Source of the DNA: Myxococcota bacterium
Lineage (GTDB): Bacteria; Myxococcota; Myxococcia; Myxococcales; Myxococcaceae
Direction of reading: 5' to 3'
NCBI GenBank assembly: GCA_049322255.1
Contig: JBMORE010000162.1
Location: 1-64,000 of the forward strand
Length of the DNA stretch: 64,000 nt
Shown in pieces: positions 31,907-41,239 of this stretch; positions within the stretch are counted from its first letter, which is position 1; each line of letters starts with the position of its first letter. The position numbers were made by a program, and so were the translations under genes. The notes beneath the pieces were generated by a model that ran no database searches, had not been told where the DNA came from, and was given only the letters and a program-made list of their open reading frames with translations.

Positions 31907-32179
31907 GTGGCTACCAAACGAAGCTCGCGAAGCACTTACGCCAAGGTCTTTTGGTCGGGTCGCAGCCAGGCGATAAGACTGCCGAAGGACTATCGCGTCT
32001 CGTGCCGAGAGGTGCGCATTCACAAAGAGGGTGAACGGATCATTCTCGAGCCAGCGCCCGACGCCTTGGACGCCAGAGGCTGGCCCTTGCGCTTTTGGCG
32101 CATCTTCGGTCGGCTGGACGCTTCTTTTGATTTGGGCGACCGAAACATACCGGCTGAACGTTCGAACCCGCTCAAGTGA
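31907..32179 (+). CDS. vapB: AbrB/SpoVT-type VapB antitoxin
   Basis: AKVFWSGRSQAIRLPKDYR motif; RBS GGAGG; GTG start. Confidence 0.9.
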   Translation: MATKRSSRSTYAKVFWSGRSQAIRLPKDYRVSCREVRIHKEGERIILEPAPDALDARGWPLRFWRIFGRLDASFDLGDRNIPAERSNPLK

Positions 32180-32586
32180 AGAAGCCCGCCTACCTGCTCG
32201 ATACGAATATCGTCAGCCTCGCACTCAAAGGTCGCAGCTCCGTTGCGGTTGCACGGCTCAAGAAGGTTCCCAGATCCAAGGTAGCGATCAGCGTCATCAC
32301 CGAGATGGAGCTGCGTTTCGGCGTTGCGAAGCACCCTGCTCCACATGAAGTGAGGCAGACGATCGAAGAATTCTTGGCCACCATCCCCGTTGCGAATTTG
32401 CCCGAGGACATCGCATCGGTGTACGGCTCCCTTCGCGCCGAGCTCGAAGCACGAGGCAAACCCATCGGGCCGCTCGATACCATCATCGCTGCCCACGCGA
32501 TCGCTGCGCGCGCGATCTTGGTCACCAACAACGGCCGGGAGTTTGGCCGCGTGCGCGGTCTTCGCTGGGAGGACTGGACGGCATAA
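32176..32586 (+). CDS. vapC: VapC/PIN toxin
   Basis: YLLDTNIV, ELRFG, IGPLDTIIAAHA, LVTNNxREF, LRWEDW. Confidence 0.95.
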   Translation: MKKPAYLLDTNIVSLALKGRSSVAVARLKKVPRSKVAISVITEMELRFGVAKHPAPHEVRQTIEEFLATIPVANLPEDIASVYGSLRAELEARGKPIGPLDTIIAAHAIAARAILVTNNGREFGRVRGLRWEDWTA

Positions 32587-32739
32587 CGACCAGAATCGCC
32601 CTCGCACCGTCAACCAGGTTGACGCTTTCGTCAACCTCGCTGACGGTCGCGGCCGTCTTCTCGAACCTTGACGCTCGCAGCCGAAGCGGCACGCTGACTG
32701 CATTGGGCGGCGGCGCTTTCGCTTCGGAGGAACACCACG

Positions 32740-33519
32740 ATGATTGGCCCCTTCAAACGCAGGAGCTCTTGGCCGTCGAGCTTCGCCACCGGCCTGATTG
32801 GGTGGGTGGGCTTCGGCATCATCGTACCGGCGGCGCTGGGGTACACCCACTCGATGGTGAAGCTCGCCGCGCTCGCAGCGGCTGGGGCGACGGCTCAGGT
32901 GGTGCTTTTGCGCCTGGCATTTTCCTTCTTGAGGATGGAGCGAAGTGTGTTGGCCGGTGCCCTTTGGGGTGGAGTCTCAGCCGCCGCCATCGTCGCCGTT
33001 GGAGTGGCGTTCATCGAGGTCCTGAAGTCGCATCCCGGGGTCGCCTTGGCGACGGGCGCCTACGTCGGGGTGCCGGTGGGAGCATTTCTTTCGTACTTTC
33101 ACCGCGACGATCGAAGAATCGAAGCTGCCGCACGTGCCGCTGGCGGACCGGTTGACTACGGGCGCGACGCCCACTGGCTCGACCCCTTCGTCTACGGCGC
33201 CGTCTGCTACGTCATCGCGTTCCTTCCCAGGTCGACGAATGTGGCGATGGTCGCCGCTGCGGTAGGCATGATCGTCGGCGTCACGGCCGCCGGGGTGAGC
33301 CACTTCATTCTCTCGCGTTGGCAGAATGCACCGTGGACCCTCCCCGTCGCCTCGCTCATCGGCGCGGCTTTTGGCGTTCCCACCGGACTCGCCCTGCGCA
33401 CACACGCCGATGCACTCTGGCTTCCCCCGTGGGCGAGCGGTGCGACGGCAGGAGCCCTCACGTTTTTCGTCACCGCCGTGGTGGGTCGAGCCCTCGCGCG
33501 CAGGGAGGGAGGCGGATGA
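32740..33519 (+). CDS. Hypothetical polytopic membrane protein
   Basis: About eight Gly/Ala-rich hydrophobic segments with a central YGRDAHWLDPF loop. Confidence 0.7.
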   Translation: MIGPFKRRSSWPSSFATGLIGWVGFGIIVPAALGYTHSMVKLAALAAAGATAQVVLLRLAFSFLRMERSVLAGALWGGVSAAAIVAVGVAFIEVLKSHPGVALATGAYVGVPVGAFLSYFHRDDRRIEAAARAAGGPVDYGRDAHWLDPFVYGAVCYVIAFLPRSTNVAMVAAAVGMIVGVTAAGVSHFILSRWQNAPWTLPVASLIGAAFGVPTGLALRTHADALWLPPWASGATAGALTFFVTAVVGRALARREGGG

Positions 33520-33965
33520 GCGCCCTGGTGGTTTTCTGCCGCGTCTTGCACATCGCGGCAACGTGCACCTCGTTGGGCGGTCTCTTCTACGCCCGCACCG
33601 TGTTGTGGCCCTCGCTCCCGAATTTGCCTCAAGACGAACGGGAGCAATTCCTCTCGACGGTGATTCGCCGCTACGCGCTCATCAAATGGAGCGGCGTCCT
33701 CATCGTGGCGGTCACCGGAGTGATTCAGTGGGGCCTCGTCTGGCCGCAGGTGGCAAGCCCTCGGCTCTACATCGCCTACTTCGCCCTCAAGATGCTCGGG
33801 GCGGCGGGGCTCTTCTCCATCACCTTCCTACTTGCCTTGCCCGCAGAACGGCTCGCCACCATGCGACGGTCGCGAGGCTTCTGGTCGGGGCTCAACCTCG
33901 CCTGCGCGCTGACCATTCTCGTCGGCGCCGCGCTGATGCGAAGCGTACCGAAGGGTGCGCCGTAG
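33516..33965 (+). CDS. Four-TM membrane protein (CopD/DUF4149-like)
   Basis: RVLHIAA...GGLF; TG.IQ; LKM; ATGA coupling to upstream gene. Confidence 0.6.
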   Translation: MSALVVFCRVLHIAATCTSLGGLFYARTVLWPSLPNLPQDEREQFLSTVIRRYALIKWSGVLIVAVTGVIQWGLVWPQVASPRLYIAYFALKMLGAAGLFSITFLLALPAERLATMRRSRGFWSGLNLACALTILVGAALMRSVPKGAP

Positions 33966-33984
33966 GGCCGCTCTGACAGCCCCG

Positions 33985-34230
33985 TTAGAAAAGTGACGGC
34001 TTGGAGCGCGAAGGCGACGAAACCGGGAAGATGGGGTCGGGGTCCTGGGGAAGCGCCCGGGAGCCGACCGGCACCGGCGAAACGACCACCGGGGTCTGCC
34101 CTCCACCCTCGGTCGTCATGAGGGCGCTCTGCACTGTGCCCACCGCCGCCTGCCCTTCGGGGTCGTCTACACCCACCCCACACCCAGCGAGGGCCAGCAC
34201 TGCCACAATTCCAACGGTGATGCGCTTCAT
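33985..34230 (-). CDS. Small lipoprotein
   Basis: MKRITVGIVAVLALAGC lipobox; ...QSAL motif; Pro-rich tail. Confidence 0.7.
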   Translation of the reverse strand: MKRITVGIVAVLALAGCGVGVDDPEGQAAVGTVQSALMTTEGGGQTPVVVSPVPVGSRALPQDPDPIFPVSSPSRSKPSLF

Positions 34231-34243
34231 CGCTCGGTACCCG

Positions 34244-34259
34244 TGCAAACGTAGTGCCT
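34244..34259 (-). promoter_or_regulatory. Putative sigma-54 promoter of small lipoprotein gene
   Basis: Minus strand AGGCAC-TACGT-TTGCA, one mismatch from TGGCAC-N5-TTGCW, in a 31-bp intergenic gap. Confidence 0.6.
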
Positions 34260-34261
34260 TC

Positions 34262-37200
34262 TCAGTTGCCATGGAGTACCCCTTTGAGCGTCGGCTCGGC
34301 GTTGACGATCTGCGACAGGCGCGACCGCTTCATCTTCAGCAGGCGAGCGGCCTTGCTGATGTTGCCCTTCGCCTCGACGAGCGCCTGGCGAATGCATTGC
34401 GTCTCGACTTCATGGCGCAGGTCCTTGAGCGAGAGGCCGCGCCCGCGGGCGAGGGCATAGTAATCGAGCGCTGATGGAGGGCTCGCCGACGTCGGCGAGT
34501 CCGCGTCTCCACCCACCGGCTCTGCCACCGGTTTCGAGAACCGAGCCGACGCTCCGTCGTTCAACCCTGCCAGCTCGGGGATGTGCGCGAAGGACTCGGG
34601 GGTGATGCGCGCGCCTTCGACGAAGATGGCCGCGGAGGCGAGCACGTTTTCCAGCTCGCGCACGTTTCCCGGCCAGGGGTGGCGAGCAAGCAGCTCGAGC
34701 GCCTCCGGCGTCAGCTGCTTGGGCGATTCGGCCCGCTCCTGTGCGGCCCTCGTCAGGAAGTGAGCGGCGAGCTCCGGCAGGTCCTCGAGGCGCTCGCGCA
34801 GTGGGGGCAGCTCGAGCACCACTCCCTTGAGCCGGTAGTAAAGATCTTGCCGGAAACGGCCCTGGGCGATCAGCGCTTCGAGCTCGCGGTTGGTCGCGCA
34901 TACGACCCGCACGTCCACCTTCAAAGTCTTGGTGCCGCCTACCCGCTCGAACTCCTTCTCCTGCAACACGCGCAGCAAGGCCACCTGGCACCTGGGGCTG
35001 ATGTCGCCAATCTCGTCGAGAAAGAGGGTGCCTCCGTCGGCGAGCTCGAAGCGCCCCTTGCGCTCGCGCACCGCCCCGGTGAAAGCACCCTTCTCGTGGC
35101 CGAAGAGCTCGGAGAGGAGCAGCTCCTCCGCCATCGCCGCGCAGTTCACCTTCACCAGCGGCATCGCCCGACGGGGTGAGGAGAGGTGCAGAGCCTCGGC
35201 GACCAGCTCCTTGCCGGTGCCGCTTTCGCCCCGAACCAGCACGGTGGCGTTGGAGCGGCCGAGCGGCTCGAGCTGCCGGACGACCTGGGTCAACGCGCTC
35301 GAGCGACCCACCAGCCCGTGGTGAAGCTTGGGCGCCGGTCCCGGCGGTGGTTGCAGCCGGGGCAGCTTCAGCTCGTGCTCGACCTCCGCGCGCACCTCAG
35401 CGCGCCGGGGTACCGAGAGGAACTGCGCCCTCCGCGGCGCGGGCACGCGCGCAGTGAGCTCGTCGAGCATTCTCACCGCGCGGGACATCTCGGCTTGCGC
35501 ACCCACCTGGTCGCCCGCCGCCCGCCGGAGCCGCCCCATGAGGAAGTACACCCGGTACGGCCCCTCGAGATCCGGCTGGGCGAGCAACGCCTCGCGCGCC
35601 CTCGCCGCCGCCCGGCCGGCCCCGTGGAGATCCTGCTCCAACAGCGCCAGCTCAGCCCGGGCGAGCTCGGCTTCGACCCCCGCCGCGGTCAGCTGCGTCT
35701 CGCCCTGCTCCAGACAGCGGCGCGACAGCTCGGCCCATGCCTGCACCCGCTCCCCCGCTGTCAGGTGGGCGCGCGCCTTGAGGGCGGCAGCCAGCGCCGC
35801 TTGGCCGTCGTTACCCACCCGCTCGAAGGATGCGCGCGCCTCGTCGAAGAGCTTTTGGGCTTGCACCGCCTCACCCGTGTCGAGCCTCACCGCCCCCAGG
35901 TTGAGCAGCGCGTTTCCCTGCAGGTACACCTCACCCATCCGCCGCGCCTGCACCAACGCGTGCTCCGAGAGCTCGAGGGCCCCTTCGAAGTCGCCCAGGA
36001 AGTGACGGAGACGAGCCAGGTTCGAGGCCACCGCTGCCACGTCGCGTTGGCTGCCCATGCGCGCGAAGGCCCGTAGGGCGCGCCCCAGATGGTCGAGGGC
36101 GAGCTCGAAGTCCCCGCTGTCGGCGTAGAGCGAGCCCAAGTTGGCCAGCGCCTTGGCCTGTGCCGGACGGTGCGTCGAACCCACCGCCTGATAGCAGGCG
36201 ATGGCCTTGTCGCGCTCGCCCCGCTTGTGGGCCACCACCCCCAGGTTGTGCAGCGCCCAAGCCGCGTGCTGCCCAAGCCCCGCCTTCTGGGCGAGCCTTT
36301 GGTTCTCGGCGAAGAGCTGCTCCGCCGCCGCCAGCTCGCCTTTGAGCAGCTGGGCCCGACCACCGAGGTTACGCAACGTCAACGCTCGCTCGAGGTCGTC
36401 GCCCAGCGAAGGCAGCCAATGCTCGACGAGGTCCAAAGTGACGTCGGGGCGACCTCGGCAAAGCTCGATCTCCGCCAGATGCACGTGGGCGGCGGCTTGG
36501 GTGGAGGGCTCTTGGAGCGCGCGCGCGAGCACCGCCTGGGCGGAAGACAGCCGGCCCAGACGAAGCAGCAGCCGGGCAGCCTTCTCCGACAGCTCGGTCA
36601 GCTCCCGCTTCGAAAGCGTCCGCCCCCGACGGGTGGAGAGCAAACAGCGCACCGCGCGCCGGAGGTCTCCCTGCTGGGCATGACTCTCGGCGAGGCGGTG
36701 GAGCGCCCCGACGCGACGTTGCCCCGTCAGGTGCGGCAGCGACCGCCCGTACAGGTCGGCGGCGTCTTCGTGCGCACCCCGGGCGAACAACACGTCGGCG
36801 GCGGCGAGGGCCGCGGCGGCCCCCTTGCCTGGTGGATCGACCTCCAGCAGCACCTGGGCGGCCCCGACCACGTCGCCGCGCGCGGAAAGCTCTTCGCCCA
36901 GCGCGGCGCGCACGCGAGCGATTCTTTCGGTACCCAGCTCCTGGGCGAAGATTTGTTTCTCGCTCTCCCGGGCGAAACGGTACACCGCGCGCCCATCCAC
37001 CACCCGCATCGAAACCAGGTGCGCCCGGAGGAGCGCGTCGAGCGCGGTCGCGGCATCGAGCATCGGCGACAGACGGTCGACGACGGCGGTGACCAGCTCC
37101 TGCGGCACGGCCTCGAACGAGGCGGCAAGCACCGACAGCACCTCGTATTGGCTCAGCTCGAGCCTCTTCACCCGGTGCAGGAAAAGCTCGGTCGGCGGCG

Positions 37201-37972
37201 CCTCGGGCGAGAGCATTTGCTCGAGGACGTCGGGGCTTCCTCCGGTCGTCGCGAAAAGCCGCTCGGCAAGCTCTCGCCGCGACAGATAGGCGCGAATGCC
37301 GTCGGCGTCCAACCCCGCAAGGGGCAGCGAGCGCGCGTTCCCCTTGCCTACCAGCTCGCCGAGCGCTGCGGGCAAGGCTCCTGGCTCGTCTCGAAAGGAG
37401 GCGACGAACAGGCCACCACCCTTCGCTTCGGGGAAAGTCGACACCGCGGCCAGGTGCCGGAAAAGCTCGAGCGAGGAACGGTCGGCGGCGTCGAGGTCGT
37501 GAAAGAGGAATGCCGGGTGGCTTTTGCCGGCGAGGGCGAACAGCTCGCAGATGGCATCGAAGAGCGTTCGACGCGCCTGCTCGACACCGACGAGCGGCTC
37601 GCCACCGCGACTCAGCGGCGAAAGCACGCGCCACAGCTCGGCCAACCTCACCGAGGCGGGCCCGAGGTCGTGCCCCAGGTGATCGAAAAGCTGGCTCACC
37701 ATCGACGAGAAGAGCCCGTAGGGCCGCCGCACCTCGCGAGGCGACGTCGCTTCGAATACGGCGGTGCCACGGGCGGCGAGCGCTTGGCGCAAAAGCCCGA
37801 AGAGGTGGCTTTTGCCTACACCCGCGGGGCCGCGCACGAAGACGAAGCCGGCGCGCTCGTTGATGCGGGCAGCGTCGTGCTCGCCCAAGAGCTCCGCCAG
37901 CTCGGCCTCGCGCCCCGATGCATCCGTCGCTGTTTGCGGCTCGTTCGCCAGCGCTCCGGCTTCCCTGGCCAT
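34262..37972 (-). CDS. Large AAA-ATPase + TPR + sigma-54 activator (EBP) with HTH
   Basis: N-terminal P-loop GPAGVGKS; many TPRs; GESGTGKE, GAFTGA, WPGNVREL; Fis HTH GNISKAARLL. Confidence 0.88.
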   Translation of the reverse strand: MAREAGALANEPQTATDASGREAELAELLGEHDAARINERAGFVFVRGPAGVGKSHLFGLLRQALAARGTAVFEATSPREVRRPYGLFSSMVSQLFDHLGHDLGPASVRLAELWRVLSPLSRGGEPLVGVEQARRTLFDAICELFALAGKSHPAFLFHDLDAADRSSLELFRHLAAVSTFPEAKGGGLFVASFRDEPGALPAALGELVGKGNARSLPLAGLDADGIRAYLSRRELAERLFATTGGSPDVLEQMLSPEAPPTELFLHRVKRLELSQYEVLSVLAASFEAVPQELVTAVVDRLSPMLDAATALDALLRAHLVSMRVVDGRAVYRFARESEKQIFAQELGTERIARVRAALGEELSARGDVVGAAQVLLEVDPPGKGAAAALAAADVLFARGAHEDAADLYGRSLPHLTGQRRVGALHRLAESHAQQGDLRRAVRCLLSTRRGRTLSKRELTELSEKAARLLLRLGRLSSAQAVLARALQEPSTQAAAHVHLAEIELCRGRPDVTLDLVEHWLPSLGDDLERALTLRNLGGRAQLLKGELAAAEQLFAENQRLAQKAGLGQHAAWALHNLGVVAHKRGERDKAIACYQAVGSTHRPAQAKALANLGSLYADSGDFELALDHLGRALRAFARMGSQRDVAAVASNLARLRHFLGDFEGALELSEHALVQARRMGEVYLQGNALLNLGAVRLDTGEAVQAQKLFDEARASFERVGNDGQAALAAALKARAHLTAGERVQAWAELSRRCLEQGETQLTAAGVEAELARAELALLEQDLHGAGRAAARAREALLAQPDLEGPYRVYFLMGRLRRAAGDQVGAQAEMSRAVRMLDELTARVPAPRRAQFLSVPRRAEVRAEVEHELKLPRLQPPPGPAPKLHHGLVGRSSALTQVVRQLEPLGRSNATVLVRGESGTGKELVAEALHLSSPRRAMPLVKVNCAAMAEELLLSELFGHEKGAFTGAVRERKGRFELADGGTLFLDEIGDISPRCQVALLRVLQEKEFERVGGTKTLKVDVRVVCATNRELEALIAQGRFRQDLYYRLKGVVLELPPLRERLEDLPELAAHFLTRAAQERAESPKQLTPEALELLARHPWPGNVRELENVLASAAIFVEGARITPESFAHIPELAGLNDGASARFSKPVAEPVGGDADSPTSASPPSALDYYALARGRGLSLKDLRHEVETQCIRQALVEAKGNISKAARLLKMKRSRLSQIVNAEPTLKGVLHGN

Positions 37973-37984
37973 CGGCCACGGATG

Positions 37985-38000
37985 AGCAACGCTTGTGCCA
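37985..38000 (-). promoter_or_regulatory. Sigma-54 promoter of the large EBP gene
   Basis: Minus strand TGGCAC-AAGCG-TTGCT, full match to the -24/-12 consensus. Confidence 0.7.
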
Positions 38001-38100
38001 CCCTCGCCGACGCTGGTGCTTCTTCGCGCGGAGAGATTCAAACCGGCAGACACCCGCGACAACCGTGGCGTGCACTGCTCAAAAATCGGTCACGGCGAAG

Positions 38101-39789
38101 CTACTCTTTCACCGGCGTCGCCTTGAGCGCTGCCTTGCCTTCTTTCACGTAGACCTGAAAGCGAACCGTGCGGCAGTTGTACTTGGCGACCAGCTGCTCC
38201 TTGTTCTTGCGCAGCTTGACCGCGAACTTGTCGAAGGTGAGACCTTCGGCAGGCTCGCCGCAGCGCTCGCGGGTGGCGAGAAACTCGCGAAACACGTCCT
38301 GGAAGTGCTGGTCCTCGCCACCTCCTACCGGAGCCACCGACTGCACCGCAGGCAGCGGCGACGCACGCCGGGGGGCAGCCATCGGGTCGACGGTTCCCGC
38401 CAGCGCGCTGGCCTGGAGGAGCTCCTGAGACACCGATGCGACGCGGGTGGCGTCACGGTTGTCGTCATCAGCGTCACCCTGCGCCATCGAGGCCGTCTGC
38501 GCCACCAGGCCGGCGGGCGGCATGGTCGCCACCGTCCTCGCTTCGTCTTGGTTGAACGGGGAGAAGGCGTGCTCAGCAGGCAAAGCGCCATCGTCAAATG
38601 GCACCGGCGGCGGCTCGGCGACCGCACCGGAAAACGCGTCGGGCCCGGGCGTCTCTGGGGGCGGCCCGAATTGGAAATCATCGGGGCTCGCCTCGGCAAC
38701 CGGCTCGATCTCGCTGATGGGCAGAGCAGGGGGCGCCTCGGAGCGGGCCGGCGTCGGCGGAGGCGCGGAAGCGGCGCTCTCTTTCTTCTCTTCCTTGTCC
38801 TTGGCGGCAGCGCGCTTGACGGCTCCGGAGCCCATCACCAGCGTCCACACGAGCGTCAGCCCGAAGAGCCCAGCGAAGACGAACATCGCCAATCGCTGGT
38901 AGCTCGCGAGGGTCGTCATCCACGGCCGCAGGTCGGCGATGGCGACGACTTCGAAGGGGGTGCCGCGCAGCTCCTGCCGTGAGCCAACCGAGAGCGCCGC
39001 CGACCCTCCCAGCGGGTCACGCTCGGTCAGCGCCGGCAGCTGAAGCGGCCCTAAACGGTCGACCTGCCCGCGCTCGATCACCTTGGTCTGGCCTGGTTGG
39101 GTCGATTGCTCCAGGGCGGCGGCGGATGCCTGAAGCGCCGAGCTGCTCTCGACGATCTTCCCCCCAGCGAGCACCGCCACCGCGCCGAGCTTCAGCTCCT
39201 TGGCCACCGCTTCCGCCACTCCTGGGGGAAGCACCGGCACCCCGACCACGAGGTGTCCGTGCACCTTGGCCTGGTCGGGCTTGTCGGCCACCGCCAAGGG
39301 AAGGGCGAAGAAAACGTGCGGAACACCGAAGGCGTCTTGCAGGGTGCCGCCGGCGCTCACCGAGGCCAGCGAGGAGGGGTCGAATTCGCCTCCCTCCTTC
39401 GCCACCACCGGCTCTGCCTCTGCGCGCGCGTAAATCGCCCCACCCTCGTTGATCCAGCCAATCACCGCCGAGGCGCGCAGGGCCTCGGGCATCGCCTGGA
39501 CGAGCTCCTGGCGCACCGTGGCGAACTTCTCCGGCGATGGTGCCTCACCTTTGTACCCGGGCTTCGCCGCCGCCAGCACCGCCGGGTTGCCCACTGCGGC
39601 GAGCAGCCCCGTTTGCAGGTCGAAACGGTGTTGGTCGAGCTCGAGAGCCATCACCGCCGATGCCGAAGCGGCCGAGGCGGCGGCGAGCTCCTGCGCGCGG
39701 GTGGAGACGAGCGGAGAGAGCGCCCACAGGTGCCACAGCCACGCCCCAAAAACGACGAGCGCAAAGAGGAGGAACTTGATGCGGGCCAT
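38101..39789 (-). CDS. MXAN_5187-family membrane protein
   Basis: Two TMs, Pro/acid-rich linker, C-terminal domain ending VRFQVYVKEGKAALKATPVK. Confidence 0.75.
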   Translation of the reverse strand: MARIKFLLFALVVFGAWLWHLWALSPLVSTRAQELAAASAASASAVMALELDQHRFDLQTGLLAAVGNPAVLAAAKPGYKGEAPSPEKFATVRQELVQAMPEALRASAVIGWINEGGAIYARAEAEPVVAKEGGEFDPSSLASVSAGGTLQDAFGVPHVFFALPLAVADKPDQAKVHGHLVVGVPVLPPGVAEAVAKELKLGAVAVLAGGKIVESSSALQASAAALEQSTQPGQTKVIERGQVDRLGPLQLPALTERDPLGGSAALSVGSRQELRGTPFEVVAIADLRPWMTTLASYQRLAMFVFAGLFGLTLVWTLVMGSGAVKRAAAKDKEEKKESAASAPPPTPARSEAPPALPISEIEPVAEASPDDFQFGPPPETPGPDAFSGAVAEPPPVPFDDGALPAEHAFSPFNQDEARTVATMPPAGLVAQTASMAQGDADDDNRDATRVASVSQELLQASALAGTVDPMAAPRRASPLPAVQSVAPVGGGEDQHFQDVFREFLATRERCGEPAEGLTFDKFAVKLRKNKEQLVAKYNCRTVRFQVYVKEGKAALKATPVKE

Positions 39790-39929
39790 CTCGTCCTTTG
39801 TCTGGCAAGGCCGCCGCCACACCGCGGCGGAAACGAGAGCGCTTATAGCGTCTGCCCGCCAACGGCAGCAAGGACGTCCAGCGCGCTTCGACCGTGGTAG
39901 CCTTCGAGGCTTCGCGAAAGGGCGGGCGC

Positions 39930-40358
39930 ATGAGGTACTGCACACAGTGCGGCTCGGAGTACGAGGACAGCGTCGACCGCTGCTCCGACTGCGGCGGCAC
40001 CGAGCTGGTGTCGGCCGACCGGCTGCAAGAACACAGGCGCGCCCTGCCCCATGAGATGGACACCCGCCGATTCGTGCGCGCTGGCACCGCCGAAGACCCG
40101 CTGACCGCCGAGCAGTACACGGCGGCGCTGGAAGCGGCGAAGATCCCCGTCTTTGCCCGCCCCCGCCGTGCCGGCACCGTCGACAGCCTCACCTCGGGGG
40201 TGATGTCTCCTTGGTGGGAGATACTCGTGCCGGAGGATCACCTGACCCAGGCCACCGCGCTGTTGGAGACGGAGGCGCGCCAAATCGATGCGGCCGCCGA
40301 GCGCAACGCCCGCGCTGCCGAGGAAGAGGCGGCGGGAACAGAGCCAAAGGAAGGCTAG
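39930..40358 (+). CDS. Zinc-ribbon + DUF2007-like protein
   Basis: YCTQCG...CSDCG; LEAAKIP...ILVPED..A..LL. Confidence 0.75.
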   Translation: MRYCTQCGSEYEDSVDRCSDCGGTELVSADRLQEHRRALPHEMDTRRFVRAGTAEDPLTAEQYTAALEAAKIPVFARPRRAGTVDSLTSGVMSPWWEILVPEDHLTQATALLETEARQIDAAAERNARAAEEEAAGTEPKEG

Positions 40359-41239
40359 CGCTCGCTCGCTGCGGCGGTGGCGGCACCAGGGCGGGTCACT
40401 TCGTAGAAGCTCACCCCCACCACCTTCCACTTGCCGTACTTGGCGTGGCGCGCGAGGAAAGTCTCCAGGTCTTCGTCCACCACCTTTCCCAACGAGCGCG
40501 AAGCGTGGCGCAGCTTGGGCCGCTGCCGGGGCTTTTTCACCAGAATGCCCAAGTGGCTGATGCGGGTAGGTAAAAGGGGCCGCTCGTCGCGCACCACCAC
40601 CATCAAGGTGCCCGCGGGCAGCGCTCGGGCGCGCTCGAGCACCTTCCCCAGCGGCACCACGTTCAAAGGAAACTCGCCCACCTGTTGGCGCTCCTTGGGC
40701 AGCCTAAGCGCGGCCGAAGTCTTCGAGCTCCAGGTGCGCGGGGTGAGCACCTTGGTCAGCTGCAACACCTCGCCACCGCCGACGTGCCCGGTGACCTCTC
40801 GTAGGTAACCCTTGCGCGTGTTGTTGGGAAGCCAGGAGGCCTCCATCAAGTGGTTGCGGTCTTCGTAGGCGCGGCGGCGCTCGTAGCGTAGCTCGTCGAG
40901 GAGCGGCACCACCTCGGTGGCCGAACGGGCCAACGCCATCGCCATCGCCTGCTCGACCAGGGTGAGGCAATCGACGGCGTCGAAGCGCTCCACCGGGTCG
41001 GGGTCTTGGCCCTCGCCCTCTCCCAAGGGAGAGTGGACGTAGGGCGTGCCCAGAAAACCCTCGCTCATCAAGAGCAGGCGCTCCCCGAGCGAACGTTCCT
41101 GGTGAGAGGAGATTTCCTGGGCGCGGGAGTCCGCCGCCAGCTGCATCCACCTCGACGGCGGCGACCCCCTCTCCCCCTGGGAGAGGGCGGGGGTGAGGGG
41201 CGCGCCGGCGAGCACCCAGAGCGGAAGCACGAGAATCAC
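40355..41239 (-). CDS. DUF1460 N-acetylmuramoyl-L-alanine amidase-like (NlpC/P60 superfamily)
   Basis: FLGTPY, PLGEG, VDCLT, RNH, SHLG, RHAS; GTGA overlap with upstream gene. Confidence 0.8.
   Translation of the reverse strand: MILVLPLWVLAGAPLTPALSQGERGSPPSRWMQLAADSRAQEISSHQERSLGERLLLMSEGFLGTPYVHSPLGEGEGQDPDPVERFDAVDCLTLVEQAMAMALARSATEVVPLLDELRYERRRAYEDRNHLMEASWLPNNTRKGYLREVTGHVGGGEVLQLTKVLTPRTWSSKTSAALRLPKERQQVGEFPLNVVPLGKVLERARALPAGTLMVVVRDERPLLPTRISHLGILVKKPRQRPKLRHASRSLGKVVDEDLETFLARHAKYGKWKVVGVSFYEVTRPGAATAAASER
41167..41199 (-). repeat. Palindromic repeat, copy C (single arm) inside CDS
   Basis: Minus strand CCCTCACCCCCGCCCTCTCCCAGGGGGAGAGGG, translated PLTPALSQGERG. Confidence 0.8.

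Noticed and set aside
31570..33990. Integron cassette array explaining the TA and accessory genes
   Set aside because: No integrase and no convincing attC structure; the TCTGAC/GTTAGA pair near 33973-33989 is too short.
41010..41033. CCCTCGCCCTCTCCCAAGGGAGAG as another repeat copy
   Set aside because: It encodes the SPLGEGEG segment expected in this amidase family, so the resemblance may be coincidental.
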